Positions 45,356-54,900 of a DNA stretch of 64,000 nucleotides are shown here, one piece after another. Under the pieces are notes generated by a model that saw only the letters and a program-made list of their open reading frames with translations, was not told where the DNA came from and ran no database searches. Every line of letters starts with the position of its first letter. The stretch's first letter is position 1. Position numbers and translations under genes: made by a program. Source of the DNA: an uncultured Eubacteriales bacterium (GTDB taxonomy: Bacteria; Bacillota; Clostridia; Oscillospirales; CAG-272); contig UQNQ01000001.1 in assembly GCA_900542425.1 (NCBI GenBank), forward strand, positions 64,541-128,540, given 5' to 3'.

Positions 45356-46239
45356 AAACGGAATCGGTTCTTTTACGGGATGCGGCGCTGGTGAATGACG
45401 CACTTCCCGAATATCTGAAAACGGAAAGAGAGGAAACTGCCCTATTGTGGGAAGCAATGCGGTATAGCGCGCTTTCCGGCGGAAAAAGAATCCGTCCGTT
45501 TTTGGTTTTGGAATTTTGTCGTATGTTCGGGGGGGAAGAGCGAGCCGCGCTTCCGTTTGCCTGTGCGATCGAATGTGTTCACGCATCCTCTCTTATCCAT
45601 GACGATATGCCCTGTATGGATAACGATGCTCTGCGGCGCGGAAAACCGACGAACCACATGGTATTCGGGGAGGATATTGCCTTGCTTGCCGGGGATGCAC
45701 TGATTACGCGTGGCTATGAAATTGCGGCTCGTAATCCGGAAGTTCCGGCGTTGGCGGCGCTTTCCGCGACGGCAATGCTTCTTGATGCCGCGGGGGCTGC
45801 CGGCATGATGGGAGGACAGCAAATCGATCTTGCGGCGGAAAAACAGCCGGTGAGTTTTGATACGCTCCTTGTGATGCATGCGAAAAAAACCGGGGCATTG
45901 ATTCGTGCAGCGGCGCTTCTCGGCTGTTATGCTGCGGGAATCCTGTCAGAGAAGGATCCAAAAGTTTTGGATGCGGCGGCGTATGCCGAGGGGGTCGGTC
46001 TTGCTTTTCAGATTACGGATGATATTCTTGATGCGACCGGTGATGTTGAAATCCTTGGAAAAAAAACACATGCGGATGATGCGATGGGAAAAACAACGTT
46101 TCTCAGCTTTATGAGCGTGGACAAGGCACATGAATATGCTGTTCAAGTAACGGAAAAGGCAAAAGCTGCCATAGAAAAATACCAAGATCATGAGATTCTG
46201 TCGGCATTTGCTGATGATTTGCTTGACAGAAAAAAATAA
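45352..46239 (+). CDS. ispA: Polyprenyl (farnesyl/geranylgeranyl) diphosphate synthase
   Basis: First DDxxD region SLIHDDMPCMDNDALRRGKPTNH and second region FQITDDILD. ATGA overlap with xseB. Confidence 0.85.
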   Translation: MKTESVLLRDAALVNDALPEYLKTEREETALLWEAMRYSALSGGKRIRPFLVLEFCRMFGGEERAALPFACAIECVHASSLIHDDMPCMDNDALRRGKPTNHMVFGEDIALLAGDALITRGYEIAARNPEVPALAALSATAMLLDAAGAAGMMGGQQIDLAAEKQPVSFDTLLVMHAKKTGALIRAAALLGCYAAGILSEKDPKVLDAAAYAEGVGLAFQITDDILDATGDVEILGKKTHADDAMGKTTFLSFMSVDKAHEYAVQVTEKAKAAIEKYQDHEILSAFADDLLDRKK

Positions 46240-46298
46240 ATCATATACTTTTGTATATAATAAAAAACACAAAAGTATAACTCCGAAAAGGAGGAATT

Positions 46299-47519
46299 AT
46301 GACCTGTGATATCAAAATGCTTCGGGAGAAGCTGGTGAATGAAGGGCAAACGCATCTTTGGAATCATCTTGAGACGCTTTCGGGAGAGGAGCGGCAGGAT
46401 TTTCTGAATGCTCTTTTCGGCATAGATTTTTCTTTTTTTCAAAGAGCGGAAACCTCTTTTCAAAATCGAAGCTATGAGATCGCTCCGATTGAGATTTTTA
46501 CCTGTGATATGGTGAGGAAAAACAAAGAAGTGTTGCAGTCTGTCGGACTTTCCGCCGTCAAAGAGGGAAAAATTGCGGCGGTGCTGCTGTGCGGAGGACA
46601 AGGGACCAGACTTGGCTTTGACCATCCGAAAGGACTGTATGATATCGGGATTACCCGTTCTCTTCCTATTTTTCAGTTTCATTTTTCTTATATGCGTGAG
46701 GTAGCACTGCATGCCGGCGGTTGGTTTCCTGTTTTTATTATGACAAGCGAAGGTAACGACGAGGAGATACGGGAATATCTGAAAAAGAAAGATTATTTTG
46801 GGTATAACGGTGATTTTGTTTGTACCTATATTCAAAATATGGTTCCTTCAACAGATTTTGAGGGAAAAATTCTGCTTGGCGGAAAAACAAAGCTTGCCAT
46901 GTCGCCGGATGGGAATGGAGGGTGGTTTTCCTCTTTGGTATCGGCGGGGCTGCTTGAGTCTGCAAAGCGTGCCGGCATTGAATGGTTTAATGTGGTGTCA
47001 ATCGATAATGTCCTTCAGCGCACGGCGGATCCCCTGTTTATCGGGGCAACGCTTCAATCCGGCGCGGAGTGCGGCGCTAAAGTAATTCGGAAGTCATCGC
47101 CGGATGAGAGAATCGGACTTATCTGCCGGAATCGTGGGCGTCCGGCAGTCATCGAATATTATGAGCTCGATCGCCTTTTGCGTGACGGCGGTGTCCGTAC
47201 GGACGGAATCGAATACGGTGTCATTCTCAATTATTTGTTCCGGCTGGAGCAAATGGAGCAAACGCTTTCCCGTCCTCTTCCGGTGCATAAGGTGCGGAAA
47301 AAAATTCCGTACTTCTCCGATGGAAAACAAATTTTGCCTGAAAAGGAAAACGGCTATAAATATGAGATGCTGGCGACGGATCTTGTTGAATTTATGGGAT
47401 CCTGTCTGCCTTATGAGGTGCGCCGCGAAATGGAATTTGCTCCCGTAAAAAATCGTCATGGAACGGATTCTGTGGATACGGCAAGAGAAATGTTAAAGGC
47501 AGCGGGATATCGTTTATAA
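46299..47519 (+). CDS. UDPGP-family (UAP1-like, eukaryotic-type) UDP-sugar pyrophosphorylase
   Basis: LLCGGQGTRLGFDHPKG and SPDGNGGWF. SD AAGGAGGA. Confidence 0.75.
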   Translation: MTCDIKMLREKLVNEGQTHLWNHLETLSGEERQDFLNALFGIDFSFFQRAETSFQNRSYEIAPIEIFTCDMVRKNKEVLQSVGLSAVKEGKIAAVLLCGGQGTRLGFDHPKGLYDIGITRSLPIFQFHFSYMREVALHAGGWFPVFIMTSEGNDEEIREYLKKKDYFGYNGDFVCTYIQNMVPSTDFEGKILLGGKTKLAMSPDGNGGWFSSLVSAGLLESAKRAGIEWFNVVSIDNVLQRTADPLFIGATLQSGAECGAKVIRKSSPDERIGLICRNRGRPAVIEYYELDRLLRDGGVRTDGIEYGVILNYLFRLEQMEQTLSRPLPVHKVRKKIPYFSDGKQILPEKENGYKYEMLATDLVEFMGSCLPYEVRREMEFAPVKNRHGTDSVDTAREMLKAAGYRL

Positions 47520-47557
47520 CCAATAAAAAAATCATATTTTATACAAAAGAATGAAAT

Positions 47558-47588
47558 GATAAAAGCGAGGTGTTTCTTCGCTTTTATC
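47558..47588 (+). terminator. Hairpin terminator after the UDPGP gene
   Basis: GATAAAAGCGA...TCGCTTTTATC forms an 11-bp stem whose 3' arm carries the U-run. Confidence 0.5.
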
Positions 47589-47880
47589 ATGTTTAAGGGA
47601 AGATTTATAAAAATAAAAATTCTTACAGATATATCCATGATTTTTTTGCCCATTCAATTTTACCTATCTATGTTTGCTAGTCACCTCTGAATTTATTAAG
47701 TCCCCTATGCTTTTGTAGAGAAAAATTAAATTCTTTAAAGATTTGTGGTTTGCCTTACCAAAAAGCAAAATTTTCGTTGGAACATAGTTTTATAAAAAAA
47801 TTTATAGAAATTTTTAATCATGAAAAATCATTTTTCACAGAAAAAGGTGAAAAGCATATGCTAAATCGAGGTGATTTTTC

Positions 47881-48537
47881 ATGATTTATTTCAAAAACAA
47901 AAAATTCCGTACTGGACGGAAAACCTGCATTGTTTTAGCATTGTTGTTGATTGCTGTTGTCCTGATGGCGGCATATTTCAATAGTCAAATCGACAAAATT
48001 ATGGATTCTGTAGTGAAAAAGCAGGTAGAAAACAAAATTACCGAAATCGTCAATGAGGCGGTTGCGGCACTTTCCAAGGATCCGACATACGCGTCAGAAA
48101 ATTTTGTTTCCATTCGCTATTCTTCGGACGGAAAAATCGCCTCGATATCTGCTGATTCTGCTCTGATCAATCGAATGCGGGCGGAGATTTCCTCTGCGGT
48201 CGCGCAGGGACTGAATGAAATGGAAGCTTATGGGGTTCCGATCACATATGCCAATTTATTTGGCGAAGGATTTTTTTCTTCCTTTTTACCGGAAACCTAT
48301 TTAACTGTCAAGGTAAAACCGTTCGGCGGGGTCAATACCGATGTGGAAAGCGAGCTTGTTTCTGCCGGTATCAATCAGTCGAGACACACGGTGGAACTAA
48401 AAATTGATGCCGGCGTCGCAGGATTGGTAAGAGATCAGACGATCGAAGTCCGGGTTTCTACGAGCGTTTGTATTGCAGAAACCGTGATTGTGGGAGAGGT
48501 ACCGAGCATTTGGCTGGGAAGCCGTTCCTTGTCATAA
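47881..48537 (+). CDS. yunB: Sporulation protein YunB
   Basis: N-terminal TM followed by a YunB-like core (MDSVVKKQVENKITEIVNEAV...INQSRHTVELKI...). SD GAGGTGA. Confidence 0.75.
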   Translation: MIYFKNKKFRTGRKTCIVLALLLIAVVLMAAYFNSQIDKIMDSVVKKQVENKITEIVNEAVAALSKDPTYASENFVSIRYSSDGKIASISADSALINRMRAEISSAVAQGLNEMEAYGVPITYANLFGEGFFSSFLPETYLTVKVKPFGGVNTDVESELVSAGINQSRHTVELKIDAGVAGLVRDQTIEVRVSTSVCIAETVIVGEVPSIWLGSRSLS

Positions 48538-48608
48538 ATGAGAATTGGCTTTTCCCGATTCTTTTTTACGGAAAATTAAGATGTGATAGCAATTTCAAAA
48601 AAAGAAAA

Positions 48609-48636
48609 CAGATGTATAAGAAAATTTATACATCTG
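48609..48636. terminator. Bidirectional hairpin between convergent yunB and the radical-SAM gene
   Basis: CAGATGTATAA gaaaat TTATACATCTG forms an 11-bp perfect stem. Confidence 0.6.
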
Positions 48637-48644
48637 CATATGTT

Positions 48645-49553
48645 TCATATTCCTGTATTGTCGAAGTCGGGAATAAAGCTTTCTTTTGCTGTTTCTCCGC
48701 TTTGAATATATCCGTTCCGAATTCCGATGGAGCGGGCAAAGCGGATGACTTTTTGATATTCATAGGTGGTGAGTTTTCGGGAAAGTTCCGGATAGTCCGG
48801 AAAATTTCCGCACGGTGTATATTGATTCATAATGCTGATATAAATGGAGTCGCCGTATTTTCGATTCAAAAGACGGAGAATATTTATGGAATCGTCCGTA
48901 TGTCCCGGAAGAACAAGATGGCGGACGATGACGCCCTTTTTCATCATTCCGTTTGTATGAAAAAGAGGAGCACCCGTTTGGCGTAACATCTCATCGATTG
49001 CTTTTTCCGCGATCTTTGGATAATTCGGGGCATGAGAAAACCTGTCGGCAAGTGAGGAATCGAAATATTTGAAGTCAGGCAGGTAAATATCAATATAGCC
49101 TTCCAGCATACGGAGTGTTTCCACATTTTCATATCCGCCGGAATTGTAGACAATGGGAATGGCCAGTCCTTGTTTTCTCGCGCCATCAATTGCGTGGATG
49201 ACATGTGGCACGAACTGTACCGCTGTTACCAGATTGATGTTGGCGGCGCCTGCTGCTTCCAGCTCAAGAAAAATTTCACAAAGTCTTTCGGGGCCAATGA
49301 TTTTTCCGTGATTCTGATGCGCGATGCTGTGATTTTGGCAATATAGGCAGCGGAGTCCGCATCCCGAGAAAAATACGGTACCGGAGCCGGACTCACCGGA
49401 GAGGCATGGCTCTTCCCAGAAATGCAGTGCTGCGCGCGCGACGTGCAGCACTGCCGATTCGCCACACATTCCGGGTGTGCTTCTGCGGTCGGTTCCGCAG
49501 CGGCGCGGACAGAGCGTACAGTGAGAATAGAGAAGGGAGAATTCGTCTGTCAT
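48645..49553 (-). CDS. PflX-like radical SAM protein (pyruvate formate-lyase activase homologue, COG1313 type)
   Basis: N-terminal CTLCPRRCGTDR and radical-SAM motif GCGLRCLYCQN. The ATG at 49553 overlaps the upstream stop (ATGA). Confidence 0.8.
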   Translation of the reverse strand: MTDEFSLLYSHCTLCPRRCGTDRRSTPGMCGESAVLHVARAALHFWEEPCLSGESGSGTVFFSGCGLRCLYCQNHSIAHQNHGKIIGPERLCEIFLELEAAGAANINLVTAVQFVPHVIHAIDGARKQGLAIPIVYNSGGYENVETLRMLEGYIDIYLPDFKYFDSSLADRFSHAPNYPKIAEKAIDEMLRQTGAPLFHTNGMMKKGVIVRHLVLPGHTDDSINILRLLNRKYGDSIYISIMNQYTPCGNFPDYPELSRKLTTYEYQKVIRFARSIGIRNGYIQSGETAKESFIPDFDNTGI

Positions 49554-50323
49554 TTGAGCTTCTGCTGATGCATCCAATAGCTCATGACAAAGCTATGTGG
49601 AAGAATTTTGGCAAGAAGCATCTGAAATCTTGCCACAAAACCGTATTTGCTTACATCTCGTCCTCTTTTCGCATCGCGGAATGCACGCTTTACGATTTGT
49701 TCGGGGACATACATGGCCACGTATTTTTTTACGACGGTATTTTCATTTTTTTTAATTGCTCTGTTGAAAAATTCCGTTTTGGTCCAGAAAGGACATGCCG
49801 CCGTGACGGTAATTCCTCTTTGTTTCATTTCTCTGTTTAATGCGCGGCTGTAGCTTAAAACAAATGCTTTCGTTGCACCATAGACATTGATATAGGGAAT
49901 GGGCTGAAACGCTGCCACAGATGCAATATTGATGATTTTCGCACCTTTTTTCATATAAGGGATCGAAAGCTGACACATTGCCATGACTGCCTTGCAGTTA
50001 AGGTCCACCATATTCAGATTTTCTTCAAGAGGTGTGTCAAGTGTCGCGCAAAATTTGCCGAATCCGCTGCAGTTGACAAGCAAAACGATTTCCGGTTTTT
50101 CTTCTCCGAGCAGAAAGGAGTAACGTTCAAAGCTTGCCTCTTCGGTCAAGTCAAGCGGAATTGTTTTAATTGGAAAAGAGATTTTGTTTTTCAGCTCCTC
50201 CAGCCGTTCGAGCCGTCTTGCTATTACCCATACCTCATCAAATGTATCATAGGTTTCCAGCATCTCAACAAATTTTTTCCCGATGCCGCTGGAAGCACCG
50301 GTTATTACTGCGATTCGTTTCAT
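49550..50323 (-). CDS. SDR-family oxidoreductase
   Basis: TGASSGIGKKF and YGATKAF (YxxxK). The start is moved to MKRIAVITG after TTGGAGAG. Confidence 0.85.
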   Translation of the reverse strand: MKRIAVITGASSGIGKKFVEMLETYDTFDEVWVIARRLERLEELKNKISFPIKTIPLDLTEEASFERYSFLLGEEKPEIVLLVNCSGFGKFCATLDTPLEENLNMVDLNCKAVMAMCQLSIPYMKKGAKIINIASVAAFQPIPYINVYGATKAFVLSYSRALNREMKQRGITVTAACPFWTKTEFFNRAIKKNENTVVKKYVAMYVPEQIVKRAFRDAKRGRDVSKYGFVARFQMLLAKILPHSFVMSYWMHQQKLK

Positions 50324-50507
50324 AAAAATCTCTCCAATCTCGCCAGATAACGGCATAAAATGTTTGAGGAAAATCACGTCGGTTTTTCATTTTTTCAAGA
50401 CAGGGAAACTCTCATTCTGACAAAATTCCCGCCTGACAGGCAGTGCGTTCTGTTTTTTCCAAAACTGAGGAAAGGACACCAAACAGTTCACACAACCGGA
50501 AAGTGTC

Positions 50508-50897
50508 CTAAAACTTCCCGATCTGTTCCCATTTTCTGTGAACAAAATGATTGCGAATTGTTTTCATTTTCTTTAAATAGGAAATTTCCTCAGAAAGCAA
50601 AGTGCGGAGATCGCATCTGCAGCACTTGTGGGTGGTTATGATGTGAAATTCTAAATCACGGATTCTTTTTTTCTCTATCTTTGATTTTAGTGTATTCAGA
50701 ATCAGAAGATGGTAGTCGTTGATATCTGCCGATTGTTCTTCATATTTTACATAAGGATAGACGCTGGATATACTGATGAACAGCAGATACGGCGGCGTTT
50801 CCATATGATAGAGCATATCACTTTCCATAAGTTCTTCATCAAAAAATGGATTTTCATACTGTTCTCCTCTGTCCAGGATGAAAATAGATAAGAACAT
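50508..50897 (-). CDS. Doubtful AT-rich ORF (129 aa), no family recognised
   Basis: Open frame in an AT-rich islet with no SD before the ATG. The C-terminus IRNHFVHRKW contains an Rx4H string (HEPN-like) that is too short to be diagnostic. Confidence 0.25.
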   Translation of the reverse strand: MFLSIFILDRGEQYENPFFDEELMESDMLYHMETPPYLLFISISSVYPYVKYEEQSADINDYHLLILNTLKSKIEKKRIRDLEFHIITTHKCCRCDLRTLLSEEISYLKKMKTIRNHFVHRKWEQIGKF

Positions 50898-50933
50898 GAG
50901 GGGACGGTGTAGAGATTGAACATTTCGATAAGA

Positions 50934-51719
50934 TTACCTGAAAACTTCAAATGCAGCCACTGCCTTCAGCATATCCATATTGATTTTGGAACGGCCATAT
51001 GCGTCGAGAAAACGGTCATAATAACAATCAGTTTTCAAATTATAACGTAAGGTCCATGTGCCCCAAAAAAGATCAATATGACGATCACCGACTCCGCCTT
51101 CGCCGATATCGATAAATCCGCTGAATTTCCACTTGTCCAAAAGAATATTGGGCAAGCAGTAGTCCCCGTGCAGCAGTACATCTGCTTTCAGATAGGAAAC
51201 ATTTTTTGTGACGGTTTCCCATGCTTCTTCTGCTGAGCGAAAACCCCAGCCATCGGGGAACAGGAAAGCATCATATTTTTGAAGACGGTAGCCTTGCTTG
51301 GCTGCAGCAAAATACCGTTCATTTTTATTTTGTACGGGACAATCTGAAAAATCTGTATCATGTAAGAGACTAAGGTGTTCTGCGATCGTATCGCAAAGCC
51401 GTTTCGGATTTTCAAGATATTGGGAATGAGTACAATCCTCTCCCGGGATTTTTCTTGTCAGAAGAAAATCCCGTTTTTCCGTTCGGTAATCGAGTACCTC
51501 CGCGGAGAGTCCTTTCATATGGAAATAACGAGTCATTTCTGCTTCCTGTTTCAGCGCGCCCGCCGGAGCAGATTTCAAAAAATAGCCACCGTTTTTTTCA
51601 ATAAAAATCACTTGCGCTTCTTTTGAACAGGAGCTGTCGAAGACCGAAGCGTTCAAGAGCAGGGGATGATAGGCTTCCGGATATTGAGATAACTCCGGAT
51701 GAATCGGTTTGCGGTTCAT
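50934..51719 (-). CDS. APH(3')-like aminoglycoside/antibiotic phosphotransferase
   Basis: HGDYCLPNILL...FSGFIDIGEGGVGDRHIDL closely parallels the APH(3')-II/III catalytic and activation segments. The start is moved to MNRKPIHP after AAAGGAG. Confidence 0.8.
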   Translation of the reverse strand: MNRKPIHPELSQYPEAYHPLLLNASVFDSSCSKEAQVIFIEKNGGYFLKSAPAGALKQEAEMTRYFHMKGLSAEVLDYRTEKRDFLLTRKIPGEDCTHSQYLENPKRLCDTIAEHLSLLHDTDFSDCPVQNKNERYFAAAKQGYRLQKYDAFLFPDGWGFRSAEEAWETVTKNVSYLKADVLLHGDYCLPNILLDKWKFSGFIDIGEGGVGDRHIDLFWGTWTLRYNLKTDCYYDRFLDAYGRSKINMDMLKAVAAFEVFR

Positions 51720-51762
51720 GTGTGGCTCCTTTCTCAGACAGGGCTGTTTGTAACGGCATGAC

Positions 51763-52077
51763 TCAGTCTGCTTCCTCATCCATGGTTTCAATAAGGAAGC
51801 TTACCGGACGGAACCCGTCATTGCACGAAATCATGGCGGATTTTTTATTTTTCATCCATCCGTTATAGAAATTTTCACCTCCGTGAGCAAGCGTCATGAC
51901 AAAAGCAGACATGCTTTCCCAAGCGCTTTCGCACATTCCTTCCGGACGCTGCCAGCCGTTGGCGATAAAGATTTGTCCTTCTTTCATATCGCAGGCATGA
52001 AGCATCGGATTTTCATATTTTTCAATTAAATCCGGATAACAAGCCGTTTTCATAACGGTAATTTTGATTTTTTTCAT
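51763..52077 (-). CDS. TIGR04076-family protein
   Basis: MKKIKITVMKTACYPDLIEKY...C...G.C. About 105 aa with the family-typical Cys pattern. The start is moved to 52077. Confidence 0.65.
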   Translation of the reverse strand: MKKIKITVMKTACYPDLIEKYENPMLHACDMKEGQIFIANGWQRPEGMCESAWESMSAFVMTLAHGGENFYNGWMKNKKSAMISCNDGFRPVSFLIETMDEEAD

Positions 52078-52193
52078 GGCTTTTTGCTCCGATGTGAATC
52101 TGATTTGAATATGAGACGGATTTTGTGCTTTTTCAGTCATTTTGTGCTGATTTCGTATGTTATCTGATTTATGGTCTGATTTTTGAACTTATC

Positions 52194-53561
52194 CTATTTT
52201 TCGATCAATGCCACGCACTCTATATGCCCTGTTCGAGGGAACATATCCACAGCGCGCAGTTTGGTAACAGTATAACCATGTTCTGAGAGATAAGCGCAAT
52301 CGCGCGCGGCAGTGGCGCTGTTGCAGGAAACCATGACGATTTTTTTCGGAGACATCTTTATAATGGCGTCCAAGACGCTGGTATCGCAGCCACGCCGAGG
52401 CGGGTCAACGATGATGACGTCGGGAAAAATTTTGGCTTCTATGAGCTGTCGCGCGGCTTGTCCCGCATCGGCACAGATAAATTCCGCATTTTGGATTCCG
52501 TTTCGCGCAGCATTTCGGCCTGCATTTTCTACGGCCGAAGGAATGACTTCAACACCGATGAGCCGTGCTGCTTTTTTTGCCATGGAAAGTCCGATTGTCC
52601 CAACACCGCAGTAAAGGTCAAGCAGGACTTCCATTCCGGAAAGAGCGGCGAAGTCAGCTGCAGTTTGATAAAGAAGTTCTGCTCCGTCATGATTGACTTG
52701 ATAAAAGGAGAGCGGGGAAATATCAAAGAAAAGTCCGCAGAGGCGGTCTGTGATGGTATCTTTTCCCCAGAGCGTGACGCATTTTTCGCCGAGAATGCTG
52801 TTTCCTTTTTTTCTGTTGACATTCAAGACAATGCTGGCAATTTTCGGATTTACTTTCCTTAGACTGTATACAAGCGCGTCTGCATGCGGCAGAGAATCCG
52901 CATTTGCCACAATACAAACCATGATTTCTCCGCTGTCTCTGCCGTCCCGCAGAAAAAGATGGCGAACAGTTCCGGTTTGTGTTTGCTCGTCATAAGGCTT
53001 TATTCCATATTGCACCATCCAATCGGTCAGGCATCGGATGATCGCCGGATAAAAATCGGGCTGAAGGCAGCATGCTTCACAGGGAATGATCCTGTGACTG
53101 TGTGCGGCAAAAAAGCCGAATGCCGGCATGCCGTTAGAATCGATACCACAGGGTATCTGGGCTTTATTCCGGTAACCGTTTACTTCCGGTGAAGGGAGAA
53201 TGGTGTCGCATGATATAGGAAGGTTGCCGATTCTTTTAAAATTTTCTTCTACCCAGCTTTTTTTGATTCGCAGTTCCGCATCATACCGGATATGGCGGAA
53301 CAAACATCCTCCGCATTTTGTAAACACAGGGCATCCGGGTTCACAGCGGTCGGCTGAGGGAGCGAGGATCGCTTCACATTTTCCGTATCCGTATGATGCG
53401 AGCGGCTTTAAAATTTTTGCGGAAATGATGTCTCCGACAGCGGTTTTCGGAACGAAAATAACAGTTCCGTTATATTTTCCTACCCCAAATCCTTCTGATG
53501 TCAAGTCCGTTATTTCAAGAGGAGAGATGAGGTCGTTTTTTTTGAAAGGAATTTGTTTCAT
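52194..53561 (-). CDS. rlmD: 23S rRNA (uracil-C5)-methyltransferase, RumA/RlmD type
   Basis: N-terminal TRAM, Fe-S Cys cluster CEPGCPVFTKCGGCLFRH, SAM motif LDLYCGVGTIG and C-terminal DPPRRG. Confidence 0.85.
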   Translation of the reverse strand: MKQIPFKKNDLISPLEITDLTSEGFGVGKYNGTVIFVPKTAVGDIISAKILKPLASYGYGKCEAILAPSADRCEPGCPVFTKCGGCLFRHIRYDAELRIKKSWVEENFKRIGNLPISCDTILPSPEVNGYRNKAQIPCGIDSNGMPAFGFFAAHSHRIIPCEACCLQPDFYPAIIRCLTDWMVQYGIKPYDEQTQTGTVRHLFLRDGRDSGEIMVCIVANADSLPHADALVYSLRKVNPKIASIVLNVNRKKGNSILGEKCVTLWGKDTITDRLCGLFFDISPLSFYQVNHDGAELLYQTAADFAALSGMEVLLDLYCGVGTIGLSMAKKAARLIGVEVIPSAVENAGRNAARNGIQNAEFICADAGQAARQLIEAKIFPDVIIVDPPRRGCDTSVLDAIIKMSPKKIVMVSCNSATAARDCAYLSEHGYTVTKLRAVDMFPRTGHIECVALIEK

Positions 53562-53592
53562 AAATTTGATATTTACAGCTTTCTTTTATCTG

Positions 53593-54123
53593 TCAGCTTT
53601 TCCGTATGAATTTTGCACGCTTCAAAGCGATCATAATGACGGGAATCAGCACGATTTGCAGCAGAATCCCCGGCCATGAGCCTATAATGGTCGAGGCAAG
53701 AAACATATTCAGAGTATACGTACCGCCGCCGCTGCCGATGACAACCCATTGCACGGCGCCGTATACAAGTCTGCCGCCTATCATGGAAAGAATCAGAGAT
53801 ATATAGAGATAGGGAATTTTCTTCGGGAAAATAGAATAAAGCAAACCGGCAAGCAAGCCATAGACTGCCATTTCCGCTGCCATAAAAAGACACATCGGCA
53901 TCTGCGGCATTCCAAACAGCAGATAGCGAAGCGGAGCGGCAACAGCACCAACGGCGAGTCCCCAAATGGGACCACATAGAAAGCCGCACAAAAGGACAGG
54001 CAAATGCATGGGACTGAGCATGGAGCCGATTTCAGGGATTTGTCCTGTCAGAAACGGCAGAAGAAGAGCAACCGCCAGCAGCATGGCGGAAATGACAAGC
54101 GTTCGGATAGAAGTTCGTTTCAT
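53593..54123 (-). CDS. ECF transporter S (substrate-specific) component
   Basis: Six-TM small membrane protein with LPFLTGQIPEIGSMLSPMHLPVLLCG, typical of ECF S units. Substrate not assignable. The start is moved to MKRTSIRT. Confidence 0.7.
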   Translation of the reverse strand: MKRTSIRTLVISAMLLAVALLLPFLTGQIPEIGSMLSPMHLPVLLCGFLCGPIWGLAVGAVAAPLRYLLFGMPQMPMCLFMAAEMAVYGLLAGLLYSIFPKKIPYLYISLILSMIGGRLVYGAVQWVVIGSGGGTYTLNMFLASTIIGSWPGILLQIVLIPVIMIALKRAKFIRKS

Positions 54124-54159
54124 TTTTACCTCGTTATTTTTATCGGTTTGGCTTTTTTC

Positions 54160-54188
54160 ATTGTACCATCCGCAATGAAAAAAGTCAA
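54160..54188 (-). promoter_or_regulatory. Promoter (TTGACT-17-TGgTACAAT) for the ECF S component
   Basis: The reverse complement gives TTGACT (54183-54188) and TACAAT (54160-54165) with a TGn extension. Confidence 0.55.
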
Positions 54189-54196
54189 GCAATGAA

Positions 54197-54223
54197 AAGA
54201 GGAACGGTTTTGCCGTTCCTCTT
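54197..54223 (-). terminator. Hairpin terminator after hpf
   Basis: AGAGGAACGG...CCGTTCCTCT, with a T-run on the minus-strand reading. Confidence 0.7.
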
Positions 54224-54236
54224 TTTTTGGTTGATT

Positions 54237-54764
54237 TTATCTGGAGGTCTCAATGAGACCGTAAGAACCGTCTTTGCGTTTATAAACCACACAAATTTGG
54301 TCAGAATCCTGATCTTCAAATACAAAAAATTCATGATTGAGCAGATTCATTTGCATAATGGCTTCTTCTGCTGTCATGGGCTTTAAGCTGAATGATTTTC
54401 TTCTGATTTTAAAATCAGTTTCCTCTTCGATTTCTTCCTCGAATGTGGCAGAATCATAGGAAAACGCACCGTCACGAAGTCTTTTTTCAAGCCGCGTTTT
54501 GTTCTTTCGAATCTGCCGTTCGATGATATTGACAGCAGTATCAATCGCATGACAGAAAGTGGGTCCTTCGACCTCGCTGCGGAACAGAACACCGTCGGCG
54601 GAAATGGTGAGCTCTAAGATTTCTTTTTCTCTTTTTTTACTGAGCGTTACGAATGCCTCGGCATTTTCGAGGAAAAATTTGTCCAGTTTTTTGATCTTTT
54701 TTTCGATTAAAGCACGGACATCATCCCCGATGGTCACTTGTCTTAAAAGAATCGATGTTTTCAT
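54237..54764 (-). CDS. hpf: Ribosome hibernation promoting factor, long form
   Basis: N-terminal S30AE/RaiA domain plus the C-terminal dimerisation domain (PMTAEEAIMQMNLLNHEFFVFED...VVYKRKDGSYGLIE). Confidence 0.9.
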   Translation of the reverse strand: MKTSILLRQVTIGDDVRALIEKKIKKLDKFFLENAEAFVTLSKKREKEILELTISADGVLFRSEVEGPTFCHAIDTAVNIIERQIRKNKTRLEKRLRDGAFSYDSATFEEEIEEETDFKIRRKSFSLKPMTAEEAIMQMNLLNHEFFVFEDQDSDQICVVYKRKDGSYGLIETSR

Positions 54765-54822
54765 AGATAAATCACCTTTCGCTTTCGTATTTGCAAAAAA
54801 GCTTTCGCTTCCTTACAGTTAT

Positions 54823-54831
54823 ATTATAGCA
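54823..54831 (-). promoter_or_regulatory. Extended -10 element (TGcTATAAT) upstream of hpf
   Basis: The reverse complement of 54823-54831 reads TGCTATAAT. The -35 is weak. Confidence 0.45.
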
Positions 54832-54900
54832 TATTCGAAAGCGGAAATAAAGAGTTTCTGTAAATAAAATACAAAATTTCTGCGAAGAGCAGGTGATCGG

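Noticed and set aside
47520-47880. Searched the 360-bp AT-rich region upstream of yunB for a SigE/SigG-type sporulation promoter or an sRNA.
   Set aside because: A CATATGCT string lies too close to the SD to serve as a -10, and there is no matching -35. There is no terminator-bounded structure beyond the UDPGP gene terminator.
54124-54236. Possible vitamin riboswitch upstream of the ECF S-component gene.
   Set aside because: The spacer is only about 110 nt and is fully taken up by the hpf terminator and a promoter. There is no room for, or motif of, a THI, FMN, preQ1 or cobalamin element.
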